Shown piece by piece: positions 17,201 through 31,344 of a DNA stretch of 64,000 nt. Source of the DNA: Stylophora pistillata (taxonomy: Eukaryota); contig NW_019218252.1 of assembly GCF_002571385.2 (NCBI RefSeq), forward strand, positions 167,244-231,243, in the 5' to 3' direction. Under the pieces are notes generated by a model. It searched no databases, was not told where the DNA came from, and worked only from the letters and a program-made list of their open reading frames with translations. The number at the start of each line of letters is the position of its first letter. Position 1 is the first letter of the stretch. Both the position numbers and the translations under genes were made by a program.

Positions 17201-20200
17201 CTGCAATGCCATCGAGTGAGTGACACCCTTCAAGGATGCGCCATTAACTGACACAAGTTTATCGCCAGTTTGAAGTTGTCCATCTTGAGCACACACCATA
17301 CCAGACTGTAGTCTGCGAATCTGTAAAAAGGTCAAAACACCTTAAATACCGATCAGTTAATTCACGGGGGATACACTCATCTGACTGGGAGGTTAGCTAT
17401 TTTCGGGATACTCTTCGCACTCGATTCCTTTCAACCACTACATTTTTATAGCTTCAAAAACTCGAATTCGAAGCTAATAGCTAATAAAATCATGCCCATT
17501 TGGTGCTTTTTTTAAGTCATGGACACACTTTTTTTATGGGGCAGGATCCACGGAGAAAAGCGATTCTACTAAAGGCTTAAAACATCAATTAAGCTGCTGA
17601 GTTTTTCTGATTGAACATGGGCAGTGAGAGTAAGAAGCATAATAAGTGCCACCTGTCTTCCCAATTCAAACTGAATCATGTACACTGATTCCAGTTCCAT
17701 TGCTATTACCTGGAAGTATCCCTTAAGGTTCCCATAGCTTGGGACCAAAGAAAGACCAAGCGTGGAGTTAGCTCCCTTCTTAATGCTTATTTCCATTTTC
17801 CTGTAGCCAAATGGAATCATCAAATTGTCCCCCAATTCGTCCTTAACTTTCTCCGAATTCTTATTTGTTGAGTGTTTGTCTGTGCTTATGACATCTGTGA
17901 CTGGTTTAATCTGTTCTTTAAATCGTGATTTTGATGCACTTCGCAATTCTTCTTCATTCTTTGTGCTCCTCTCTTGTTCGTCAGTGTTCCGTGGAACTAT
18001 AATTCCATTATGGTCTTTTTTCTCTGCAACATATTCTGTACGTGGAGCATCACTTTCTTTTTTTTTTTTGACACACTCGGAGGATGGCACCTCATCTGTT
18101 TTGTCAGATGACAGGAACCTCTCTTCCTGTGTACCAGGTTTTACCTTTCCCCTAAGACTCGACCTTCGCTTACTCCCCGGAGGTTTGGGAAGGGGCGTAG
18201 GGTGTTGTGGGACAGATTTCTTTGCTGGCTCAGTTTTCTTGTTTGCTCTTTGAGTAGAGTCCAATCCCTGGGAAGTCAACTTAGACCTTCTAATTTTTTT
18301 TTGCGTTGAACTTGGCAGATCTCTGAAGATCTTGATCACATCTTCTTGGTCCATTCCTCTGAGGTGGGTGCCATTGACTGCGATAATTTGATCTCCTGGT
18401 TAAAAAGAAATTTTTTTTTTCAGAAAACTCGTTTACTTATGCTCGAAATGTCATCTTTAGGTACTTTTTACATTTTTTTAATGAGATCATCAAATCAGTA
18501 GATAAAATCAAATTACTTCTAAAATCTGTTTCGGATTATCGTACATGTCTTCATCTAAAAGTTAAGTTGGACACATCCATTAAAGTTCACCTTAATCTGT
18601 GTTCAAGTCCTCTATACAAGGGACACATCCTACCGAAAGTAGTAGCCTTTTTTTTTTAATTTTACATACCAAAGAATCTTCACTTATCGTAACAGCCACA
18701 GAATTTCATGCTGGGAAGTTGAATGAAGATAGTTCTCTAAGTGTGTTATGGAAGTCATTAATAAAAATTTTTTTCTCACCGAGTTTTAGCCCCACTCCCC
18801 TTGGACTTCTTGCCAAAGCAGCAGATCCTCCTTCAGTTATACTTTTAACTGACACACCCTCAGCTATGGTGTTCCCACGAGACTTGTCGACTGTGACACC
18901 CATTCCCAGTCCAACTACCAAGAAAAAAAACGCAGCGGTGAGCTTTTTTTTTAATCCGCGGAGTTTTCGATGAGGCTTTCTATTTAAAAGTCTATCTTAT
19001 GGTTTTTTTTACCGGATGGTTGCTTTATAATTGTGTAGATGTCTTCCAGAAATTCGGCAGAATTTTTTTTAGTAAAGAATAAGCAAAACATGGTCAGAAA
19101 AAAGTTCTTATACTCAACAATTAAAAAATTAATCCTTTACAACTGGTCTTACGACCTATGTGGTTGGCAGTAGTTTTGTTTTTTTCGATCACACTTGGCA
19201 CTCAAATTGAGTATCCCTTCTTTCTCTTTTTTGACCTTTTTTTTCACATGCTGCTAGTCTTATCACAAAAAGATATCAACCTCAAATGTGACATCTTTGT
19301 TTCAACACGTCGTTGCCTCAGTCGTTTCCTTTTTTGAGATGAATACTTCAGGTTTCTTCAAAATAGGTCTTACCAGGTTCATAAGTGAAAACATCATCAT
19401 CTGACTCTTGAACTTTTTTTTACTAAAAGAAAAATGAAACAGAAGTATTAAACTGAAAAGCTATGTTTCAATAATAAATTTTCACATTCATTTCAGGCTT
19501 TGTATTGTTATGTATTGTGAATTATTTCTGTCCCTGAAAACTAAAAAGTCACTCGTAAGACAAACTTCATAATGACCAATTAGGGACAACTTTTTTTTCT
19601 AGACCAATTAGGGACAACTGATCATCATATTTACCTTCTTTTTCTTTTTTTTTTTTTTGGAGAGTGGAATGAGGAGATCACAAGAAGAAGAAAGACTTGT
19701 CAAATTGTCTTTTTTTTATTAAAAAAAGAAAAAGGAAATTAAGGCCTGCGGATAACCTTGACATGACATTTTTTTGCACGGCGATCAGTTACAGATGTTT
19801 TCATCCACAAAGAGTACCATCTTCTGATTTTTTTCCCCTGCATATTTGTGAGTAGTGGCAAGACTCCAACAGTTACTCAAAAGTGTAGTACCTTGGATAA
19901 CCTTTAAAAGTAGACATTCTACAGAGGTTAGATCGCAGTATTTTGTTTTTTTTAGTCCTTCAGGCAATTTGCTTGTTTACCCTTTGAGTTCTCACTGGCT
20001 CTTTTTTTTTTTTCTTTCTTTTTGAGTTGTGATTGGCTTGGTTTTACTTTATTGACACTCAGATTTTTTTCAGGCTATTGTACATTTGGAGCTAACAGTT
20101 GATCAAGGCTTATTAAATTGCCTTTTTTTCCATCATCTACCTTTAAACCTCTACACTCTATCAGGGCTCAACATTAACTTTTTTTTTTACTAGTTAAATG

Positions 20201-23200
20201 GCTAATAGTGCGACAACTTAGATGTTACAACAATTTCAATTTTTTTTCTGGTCAAAGTAGCTGGTGGAAATAAAAAACCACTAGTTAAAACTGAATTTCT
20301 TTTTTTCTGTGGCTAGTTGGCTACTGGTAGTGTCAAACCCTGCTCTATTATAAGTATGTTTTTTTTATTCTTTATACTGTTCTCTTTGCATGTTTTAATG
20401 TCCTGACAGGGTAAACATGTTTTACAGTAAAGAGCTGCTTAATAGTTGATGATCATTTCCTATATTCTCCTGACCTTTTTTTTTGATTCAGGGGTGACAT
20501 TGTCAGGAGAAATTAGATGCTAGTCACTCTTGGCATTTTTTTGTTAAAACCACTCACCACAAGACTCAGAGCTTTCTGATGCACCAGAGAGTGTTGATGC
20601 AGTTCCCGAATTCTTTGATTTCCCTGACATCTTTTTATCCAGTAATTGACGCTCACTTTGAAGCTTAGTGAGTTCATCATTAAGTTGTAGGGGTAACTTG
20701 TCAGATGCATTGTTTTTTTCAACTTTAATATATACTTTTCCTGGAGGAGTTTTATCTAGAATGTTGTAGATGTTTTCAACTGACAGTCCTTCCAGTTTCT
20801 TGTCATTAATTTCAAGGAGTTGATCACCTTTTTTTTTAATAAAACAAAACAAAACAAAACAAAAAAGAAGAAAAATTGAGAAAACCTTTTTTTTTTGAGC
20901 ATCAAAATTTATTGCATGTCAACATCGTAAGGATATTGTTAATGAAGGTTTTTTTTTACTCTTTTCTCCGCAGTTTAGCTTGCCATAGGCAAAAAACAGT
21001 AACCAGCAAAGGTGAACATTTATTTCATTTCAAGACAAGTATTTAATAATTTTGTTTGATTAAAGTAGCTGGCACTTTACATAAAAAGTAGCTTGTGAAA
21101 ATACCAGCCAGTTTGCCTTCTGGAGTTTTTTTTGGTTATGATAAACAGCAAAATCAAATTTGAAAATGAAAGTGCTGTGTCTGTTTTTTTTCTGTGGCTG
21201 AATAAATGAGTAGGAAGGTTTTACACGTCAGTAAGTTCAAAATTTTTTTTATGCTGTTAAACTGTTTGCATGGTAAGATCCCAAAAACCTAGAAAAAAAA
21301 AATTTTTTTAAAGGAATCTGATGGTTTATGTAACCATTCACTTTCATTGAAGTGTTTGCTTTTTTTTTCTTTCAATCCTATTCTTTACTTTCATCACTTG
21401 TCTGCTTGATGTTGTAAGGAGAAATTCTTTCTTGGTCATTCATGGGAGTTAAAGGGCTTAAGATGACGTTAAGTGTAAGATGTTGAAAATGAAAGGCTGA
21501 CAGCAAATTTTGTTGTCTATTTATGTTGTGCTTTTGTCAGTGGAGGGTGCAATAAAAAAATATAATTCACCTTAATCTCCCATCATTGTCTGCTGGTGTT
21601 CCTTGAATAACACACTGAACAAAGATTCCAGGTAGCTGATTTGATGGATGTTGCTCTCCTAGACCAATTCCTAAGCTGCTCCCAGGTTCTAAAAGCATGA
21701 ACAAATTAATTTTTTTTTTTTTGAGCAAGACCCTAGATAATTTTTTCACAAGCCTTTAAACAACTATATGAACCTTTTTTTATGGGCAATAAACAAGTTA
21801 CATGTATTGGCCACTGGTTCAAAGTAGTATGGCTACTGTTTGGCTGATAATATTAGGGTGAAACAAGTTTACTTCAAGAATCAAAAATAGAACACAGGGA
21901 AATCTCTTCAAAAACTGAATAAAAAATAGCTCAGACCATCACAATTTACCCTTTTTTTCTCTAGTCCTGGTTGCCTAATGATAACACTCTTTCTGTCACA
22001 TTCTGGTGATTTTTTTTATTGAAAGTACTTTCTGAGCTTACATTTAACCCTTAACAGGGCTCGATACTAACTCTTCAACTTACTAGCCAAGTGGCAAGTG
22101 ACATCTTAGATGTTACGACAATTTCAATTTTTTTTCTAGCCAAACTGACAAGTGGAAATCAAAAACCACCAGCCAAAACTGAATTACTGCTGGTCTGTGG
22201 CTAGTGGGCTACCATTAGCATTGAACCCTGCTTAAACTCCCAAGATTTTTTTTTTAATTCTCCGCTCTGACTGCTATACATTTCCTTGTAAAGTAGTCAC
22301 AAGAATTTGGTGTCAGATCAAGATTTATAACAACTTCTACCTGATAAGTTTGAGCACTCTCATTACTTGTTTGGTGGATGATGTATTGATTTTATGGGGA
22401 GAATTTACATGTTAGTCACTTATTTTTTTTTAATGGTTAACTCAGTCATTATATACATTAGACAATGCCTTGACCTTGTTCTTTTTTTTTTTTATTACAA
22501 TAAACTGAGAAAAAAAATTCTATAAATTACCCCTTTGAAGGTTTTTTTTTCCTTCTGAATTATTTCTTTAACAAGAAATATATGAACTAATCATTAGTGC
22601 AAGATTTGAGACAGGGACATAAACGTTTGTTCTTTCATAACTATTTATAATATTTTGATGCAGAAAACCATCCATGCCTTACCTATATAATTACTCATTT
22701 AACTCTTGACACTGATTATTTTGACTAAAATCCTTTAGAGAAATTATCAAACATGAAATCAAACTTAAAAGTGCTTATTTTTTTGACTAGTTCTTAATTT
22801 TTTTTTTTTTAAAAAATCATCATTAATTAAAGGTCTTTTTTTTTGCTCCTGTTGAAAGTGTTGGTGAAATAAAATACAATAACAAATATTTTATGTTTTT
22901 TTAACTAATCTCCTGAAAAATTTTAAATTTACTAGAACTAAAGGATATGCAAACTTTTTTTCAAATTCAAAACAAACCTTTATAAAGAACTATTTCATTG
23001 ATTTTCTCTTTCTTTTTTTTTTTCGGACGCAGCTTTCGAAACATTATTGGAGAAGACGAATTGCTGGAGCTGGTTGAGTCCGCTGTCACACCTCTGCTGT
23101 TCCGACGCAAACTTCCTGGTGAATTTCTGGGTGTTGTAAATGTTGATAAACTTGGAGCTCCAGGACTGTTTCTGTGCACTTTCAAAGTTACAATTCCTCT

Positions 23201-26200
23201 GCGAAGATTCTACAACCCAAGGATAGTATTTACTACAGCAAAGAATATTGTATAAGTTTCACCTGGTGAGTAAACTTCAGCAATGGATAGCACAATAGAT
23301 TGATAAGCTTTTTTTAGGAACTACTTTATTCTCCTACAATTTGATTATGAACTGCCGACTGAAAGTCAAAATAAAGGTGCAAAAAAATGTATATTTTGCC
23401 ATAAATTCTCAACAATTAAGATTTTGAACTGCGACCCTGTATGAATTGATAAAGTTTTCCTCTGTTTTCAATCTGTGTCAGCAATAATACTCTTTTGTTT
23501 ACTTTGATAAATCACTTGATCAATAACCTGGGGCAGGTGAATGTTGTACTTGTTTAATATTTAATCATAAATAGAAGTGATTGAAAGCCCACAGCCAGAA
23601 AGATTTTTTTTGTAGTTGAATATAAAGAAAATGTGATTTGTCAAATATTTTAGCAGTGCTCAAAACCCCAGATCTCCACAATTACTTTGTTAAAGTTTCT
23701 ATTTTAATTAGAGAGGCAGTTTCACACATTACCCATTATAGCAATGTTTTCAATTAAGCCATGGAGAATTTGTTTTTTCCCCCAGGAACAAACAAATGAC
23801 TTCATTTTGTTGACATTGGGAACAATAGCCAGCAATTTTTTTTTTTATTTATCCCCAAACACAAGAAAAAGAATATCAAATCAAATTCATCATTTCATCA
23901 GTAAGTGATTATCATAATAATCTGAGTTTCTCTGACATGTAAATAGGGTTGACTTGGTTTTTTTAATCAACATCAAGTTTTTGGATTCTCCACTTCTTTC
24001 CATCAACGTTTTAAGTTTTTTTTTTCTTAGAGAAAAAATAACCTCTTTCAATACTTATTCTTGACTAGCCAGAAAAAATTGCCAAAAATGGCTTTTGTTA
24101 ATAGTTTGGATGACTAATTAAGCAAATGATAAACTTAAACTAAAATTTCAGTAATTGAAAAATTTGATTAAAACTAAGTTAAATTCATTTGGATTTTTTT
24201 AACTCAATAAAGTCTTCTTCAGAAACTCATAAAAATGTTTGAAAGTTAAAGATTTTTTTATAACATTTGTGGATAACAAAAACAAAACTCTTAAGACAGT
24301 ATTTTGTTTATTGAATGTTAAGAAAGAATTCTCCAAATTTTCCCAAAGTCAGATGAATCATCTCTCTTTAACAGAACCATCCAATTCAAACTTTTAGATC
24401 AATGATTAACCTGAACACATAAAAAAAATTTTTTTTACAATTCTTTGTGAGATTCATGAACATGACAGTGAGAACTGCCTGCACTACTTACCTTTTGCTG
24501 TTGCTATTAATAATTACTAGATATAGAAAACAATTAATGATTATTTTTTTTTTATACAATTTATTAAGATCAATATAAAATCTGTCTGACTTATATTTTG
24601 AGTATTCACTCAACTCAAGCTGAAAGCAGTCACAATGAAACATACCAATCAATATATTCAAAAAATGAGTTTATGAATAGCCCATTTCCAAATTACCCTT
24701 GGCCTCTTTTTCAAAACGAGGCCTGGTGCTTAACCATTCTTGTAAAAATGAGTTTAATTTGCATGTGAATGGAAACTTCTAATTTTTTTAATGGATGAGC
24801 ACCAGGACTCGTTTTGAAAATGATGCCAAGGGTAATTCGGATTTTTTTTATTTGAATGCAATTTCCTAAGGGATTCCACTACTACGAACTATATATCAAT
24901 TTTTTTTATTGTTTATGAAACCTTTTTCATATGTGTAGCTCTAAAAAAGTTACCTAACATTTTTTTCTTGTAAATATGTTGATATCGCAAGGAGAAAAAT
25001 TCCATTTTGGTTGCTACTTTTTTTTAAAAAAATTCACCTCTTTTCACCTTCAAAAGTTCTCAACTCTGACCATTATTCATCCTTTACCTTAAAGGTGTCC
25101 AAGGCTTTCTGATGAGTGAAACCTTCAAAAGATGTTCCATTCACTGATAATACCTCATCACCTACAATTTGATTGCAAAGAACAAAGAAGATGAATTTGG
25201 AGGGCAGACTAGTGTAAACAAATTTAGAAATTTAACATTAAATCGACCTTCACATTTTTTTTGGCAAGAATTAAAAAAATTACTTTAACATCTAATATCC
25301 TTCATTTGCACTTTTTTTTTAAATAACAAGTAACCTTTTCTCATTCTTCCATCTGCTTCTGCTGCTCCACCATTTTTTTTATTCCCTATGTATACAGGCA
25401 TGTCGCCCTGAGGTGAGCCTTTTCCTCCAACAATAGTAAACCCGAGACCTTTTCCACTCATTCCCTTTACCAGAACAATGGTAACAATTTCCTCTTCCAT
25501 TGCTTTACTGATTCTTCTTTGTGTGCTGTCGTTGCTTCCCTTTCTCTTTTTTTTTTGCGAGTCCCGTTCATTACTCCCCACAAGATTTTGGGGTGTTGGC
25601 AAAGCTTTAGTCATTATGTTGGCGGGGGGATCCCCCAGATATCGTGCAGAAAAAGCGATTCCCATACCTCCTGGAGACTGAGGTCTTGGCAGGGAAGGTG
25701 AGATTTGACCAGGTTCTAGACTCATTTCACTTTTTGTAGGTTTCTCTTTAGGGGGTGAATTATTCAAGAAAAGGTTTGGTGAGTTTCTCTTCTTTGAAGC
25801 ATCTATAATTGGTGGGGATGGGGATGGTAGCTTTCCTGGTGAAGATTTTTTGGAAGACCCTTTGGAAAGTGGTTTATCCTCCAAAGTAACAGGTTCACTT
25901 TCTAAACTTTCTTCTCCTTTTGAAAGTAAGACATCTTTTGTGTTTGACTTTCCTAGTTCATTGGAACCATCAGATGAGGAGGAGCAGCTTCTGCCATTAG
26001 TCAACTTTTGTTCATTTCCATTTTTTTTGACATAATTTCCTTCATGATGTGACTTATCTTGCGAGTCTGTTGCATCAATTTGATTAATATTCTTTCCTGA
26101 ATTCAATTCTTCAGCTCTTTGCAAAAGATCATTTTCCATTGATTGTTGTAAAAGATTCTCAAATGACTTTGTGGTCCCTTTTCCAAAATTTTTATCAGCT

Positions 26201-29200
26201 GCTTTGTTCTCCTTTTCAATATGATCAGAGGACATTTTTCTACCTTTCTTCATCAAACTCTCTGCAGACTGCGCTCGAGGAAGGGTTTTTGAAATCTGTG
26301 TTCCAGTTCTTCCTGCTTTTTTTTCCAAAGACCTTTTTTTAAACCTTGATGCTGTCACCTTTTCCAACACAGACTGGCTTACCTTTGTGAAAAAAATAAA
26401 ACAAATAAAACTTCCATACTTGTGATTAAGATTTTTTTTTTTTAGATTGTAGTATAAAGTACTGACAGCAAAATACTTAATAATATAGAGTCTATCTGCC
26501 AAGGAATTATTCATGAGAAAACTGTTTGTTACCTGTGTTGAAATGACCAGTTGTATAAGCCTTGGTGATGCTCTAAGTAAGTCAACTGCCTCCTGTTGTG
26601 TGACGCCTATCAAGCTGTGGCCATTGATCCATAACAGCTCATCACCCTCCTTAAGGCGACCATCCCTAAATTTTTTTAAAGAAAACAAAATTTCAATTTA
26701 AAGTTAATTTGTTATAAGTAATAGTTATTGAAAGTTACCGATAAACATTTACTTGGATATATGTAGGTAAAATGAAATTCCAGTTTTCTCCCTTTAAGAA
26801 TTGTTAGTAATTAATAATGTGGGTGGAAATACTGGTATAAAAAACATGCAAACTTAACTAGTTACAAATATTTTTGACCCAAATTCATTTTAAGCTGGAA
26901 GATAATGCATATATCAAAAAGTGCATTTAGATTCATAGTATAGCAATAATATATAGTTTTAACAGTTTGTATGACCCAAATGCATCCCAGGCAGCTATAA
27001 TTCATTTAATAAATTTAATCCAAATTTTTTTCTTAACATCTATTTCAATCTACTGTTCAACTAAAATTATATTAATTTTTTTACTAAAAGAATCAATGCA
27101 TAAATTACAAATAATGGAAGGTTTATTCTTTAGGGTTAAATCTTTTTTTATCAGCATGGTTAGTAATTTTATCTTAAAACAGGATATTGGGTTATTTGCG
27201 CTTTTTTTTATTTTTGTAGAAAAAGCGCAAAATAAGTATTAAATATCATTATTATTATAATTTTTTTTCAATATTGAATTTGTTTTTAGATATTGAGTTT
27301 TGTGTCTTGGCTGTCATTGATTTTTTATGTCACAGTCACAATTTGAAATAATTTGCACCTGTAGAATTCCATCACTGTTACTTTATCTATACTGACTGTG
27401 TAACACTGATTTTCTAATATGCACAAAAAGTCTTGAATTTAAACTTGAACCAAGACAAGGTCAGGATTGTATACTTAGGAATTAACTCTTTGAATAATGA
27501 ATCTATTTGTAAGTAGTTGCTGCAACCAAATTTAAAAATCTGTATTCCTGTGAATGTATCATACCTTGTGAGTCTTTCTTCAATGTTTTACACAACAAGC
27601 TCAAATTGTGGTACTTAATTTTGATATTACAATGTCAATTGAAGGTTTCTCATGAAAAAAAATTATGATTTTTTTTTTTTTGATGTAGTAGTAACAGAAA
27701 CTCTACCTCTTCAGTTTCACATGTCATTATTGATTGTGAATTATTAAAAAAGCTGTATATGGTTCATTGAGTGAAAGAATATATTTGAACATTTGACCTG
27801 GCATAACTGTAAAACAATGCTGTTACATTAATCAATACATGTGAAATACCGCACCTTGCAGCAGCCCCACCAGGGCTCACATCAGACACAAACACACCCT
27901 TCTCTCCTGTTTCATGGTTGAGTTTCATTGATATTTGTACTCCAAGTCCACGGCTATCCTTTAAAATATGTATCTTCTTCACTCTGTTTTTCTGTGATGA
28001 AATATCAGGTGGACAATTCTCAAAATATGCAAAGCATCAAAACAATATATTTAATTACATGAAAATAAAATTTTAAAGTTCATTGTTTTTATTATTTCCT
28101 ATCATTTTCTAACATGACACTATAGTCAATAAAAAATAGTTTTAAGTCTGTTGACGTATCTAATTTTCATTAATTTTATTAAGGTCATTTAATATCTTTG
28201 TACACAGTGTAGGCCATACCTTAGGTAGCAAGACATGTCTGTTTTTACATCATAAATTATGCATTTTTTTAACTTATTCATGAAAGGATTTCCTATCATT
28301 TACTACGGTGCTGTTGCATCTGTTATTGCTTAGAATTTCATTTATTTTCCCACATAAGCACCAGTTACAAACTGAGTGTATTGATAAGTTACAATGAGTA
28401 AAAGTTGAATTCTGTGAATATAGTAGGGCTACACTTGGTCTCCAATATGCACGTCCACAACTGATCAGCCAATCTTCAAATTTTCTTTATATAAAATACT
28501 AAGACCATATTTACAAAATATTTCTCCCCAAAGAGACATTAGTCTGTTGCAAGTTCCATTAGTTCCAGCATTCAGTCACGATAAGTAATAACATAGGCTG
28601 GGATACTTATTACTAACAGTACATGTTTGAAGCTAGCCCTTTTTCAGTAAATGCACGGTTTGAAAACAGGAGTAAAAGTTGATGGTGTAGTCTGCTCACC
28701 CATGAGATTAGACTAGAGATCAAAGGGCTCCACTACTGTAGGTAATGAGGTCAAAATATCAGTCACTGTTGCCCACAACAGTCCTTCTACGGACTTCTCA
28801 ACGGGGATGACCAGACTACTTGTTCAATAAGTTATCACTTCTGTCAGATTTACAGTTGGGAAACTTATGAAATTGCAAGAACATATCACAAACATCTGAT
28901 TAAAATAATTAAAATTCTCTACTAGAAATGGCCTATAACATTTTCATCAATCTGTCAATTACAGGTGATAAATGGTTATTTATTTTAACACTATATCTGC
29001 AAAAGAATGTGAAATTTTTTAGAGTAAAAATTTTTTTATTTTAATCCTGTTAAAATTGACTTTTGCATTTCAAAGTGCAATCTTAGATATTTTTTTTTTT
29101 TAACCAAACCATGACAATAATGGAAAGAAAATACTCTTCTACCCTACTTTTTTTTGGGCCAGACGTGTAAAAGTCAAATTAAAAATTTGTTTGATTAAAC

Positions 29201-30505
29201 TTACAGATTTTTTTTTCTCAGAAGTGTTTTCATGTCTTGGAATAACACCATTCTTCACAGGTGTGATGTTGCTCCCACCAGGACCACGGAGAACTTTTAT
29301 TTTTAATTTTCCACTCCTCAAGGCACTCCCTAAGTACCATCTAAAACAAATCACTCCAATTAATATTAATTCGCGTTTACACATTAAATATCAGTTCATC
29401 TCAAAACCAAGACGTTATAAAATATTGTTTGTGAATAGCAAATGAAATACGTAACAATTGAGATTAAAAAATATATAATTTAATTCTGGCAATACTATTT
29501 CGGCGAGTTCTCTTCTGAAAATAAGTGTTTCATGCTAGAATTTGGATAGAAATTTGATATTATTAATTAATCGCCCTCTTTGTAGTCTAATTCTTATCAG
29601 GCGTCGAACGCAAATATTAATGCTGAGACAAGAATGTCGAGTACAAAAAACCTCACACAGCTGTGCATGCACAGGTAGCGATATTAAACGTAAACAAAAG
29701 GTCACACACAATGTGAGCCAATACAACTCAAATAAATGGCGCTAAAACGATCCCTATTTCAAAACAACAGACAAACATCCTCTACACCACCAGTGGTACA
29801 AATCTTCCAGCGTTTAAGTTCAATGAATAAATGATTTAGTGCCGAACAGTTCACAAGATTGCACTCAGATATAGCGTTAAGGTCCTAAATCGTTCGTTTC
29901 AGATTATAATAGTACACTCAAGGGAGAAATGGTTGTAGATGATACAACAGTTTTGTAAAGAAGCTTGACTATGATTTTTTTAATTCATTTATTCTTCGCC
30001 ATACAAAAATAGTACCTGTTGCGGTTTTTTAATAAACTTTGATGAAGCCTACGAGTTTTACCTTGCTCGCTCCAGGCTTGCTTTGGATAAATCGCGGCCA
30101 TTTATTTCCATTACTCTATCTCCAACTTCCAACAATCCATCCCGTTTTGCTTTTTTTTCCGGCAATAAATCGGCGATTCGAATATTTCCCAAGGCACTTC
30201 TTGCACAGCTTGGGCTGCTAGGATCTTTGTTTTCGAGCACGACTCCAAAATCTCCTGAGCACTCATCAAATTCGAACGATTTAGTGTCGCCTTCTCCATC
30301 CACGTCTCCGTTTCGAAGCGTATCTTCGGCCGCGGAAACCTTCTTTGATCGCGGAGAAAAAGCATCTGAAGAAGAAATCTTACCTTCTTTTTTTGTATTC
30401 AGTGTTAAACCACTAGTAAAATGGTCCTTGATGTTTTTCTGTAGTAGACATTCCTCCAATTTTTCCCGTCTTCGCAACCGAATCACAATAGGTTTGAGCT
30501 CGTTT
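8263..30505 (-). CDS. Giant multi-PDZ scaffold (~10 PDZ domains), PDZD2/pro-IL16-like. Approximate exons 30062-~30505, 29205-29340, 27855-27991, 26533-26666, 25334-26382, 25088-25161, ~22992-23210, 21571-~21690, 20558-20828, ~19374-19422, ~18780-18920, 17710-18397, 16023-17320, 10852-15727, 9712-~10475, 8263-8976.
   Basis: Repeated PDZ motifs (GLGFTIVGG, GLGLSVTGG, DGRLKEGDELLWING, GDKLVSVNG). The C-terminal PDZ (LEKGASGLGFSLGGGQDSLYGDAPI...LPYGPVVMKIRRK) closely resembles the IL16/PDZD2 C-terminal PDZ. Long Pro/Ser/acidic linkers. 5' end and small exons uncertain. Confidence 0.8.
24676..24852. mobile_element. Palindromic MITE (~177 bp)
   Basis: Left arm aatagcccatttccaaattacccttggc...ttttcaaaacgaggcctggtgct mirrors right arm agcaccaggactcgttttgaaaa...gccaagggtaattcgga[T7]tatt. 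Confidence 0.75.
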
Positions 30506-31344
30506 TTTTTTTATCTAGGTCACTAAACTTTTCATCTTTAAAATTCACACCAGAAATTCTCTGATTTTTTTCATGCTTTAAGGCGAAATGTTTTCTTTCC
30601 AACCGTAAGGATTCAACGTTTCTTTTTTTTTCCTTTGTTTCTGTTTGTACTGTCTTTTCTAAGTTAAATACAGTTGAATTACTTTTTTTTGACGTCATGC
30701 CCACGTACCACTCATCCCTTATGAAAATGTCTTTCTGTTTATATTGGCATGTTTCAGTTTTCTGTTTAAAGGATACAACATTATTCTTCCAAGCAATCCG
30801 AGCTTTCAACCTTTGGAAATTATCACTCTACAGCAGATATCGCAAAATGAAACATTCCTTTTTTTTTTGATCGAACTCATGCAAAAATGCGAACCCTACG
30901 GGGGCAGGGAAGAATATGGACCCCTTGAGGAGGGTCTGTGTCGTCTGGGTCAAGTCTGGCCTCTCGTGAGATACACGTTTTTTTAGATCACGTTTGACCT
31001 TTCAAAGTAATTTTCAAGTACCTTTTTTTCGTAAAATTTTTTTTTACAAATTGAAAAGGAGCCCGATTACATCCTTCACAGCCGTTTCCAATCTCTTTTT
31101 TTGTCGCACTCTCTCTGCGTGGAAACAAAACAAAAGCGGTGGTAGCAAGAAAAGAAAAAACGCGCGAGTGAGCGAACTAATGACCTCTGTCTTTCCCTCG
31201 CGCGTGCTTCACTTTTTTTTAGTCAAGTGCCGACTACTCCTGGTAAAGGAACTACGACGGTACCTTGAGACCTTTTTTTATATGTTTTTGCCAACACCTT
31301 AGGGCACAAACATTTCTGGTACGCTAAACAACACAACCCTGACC

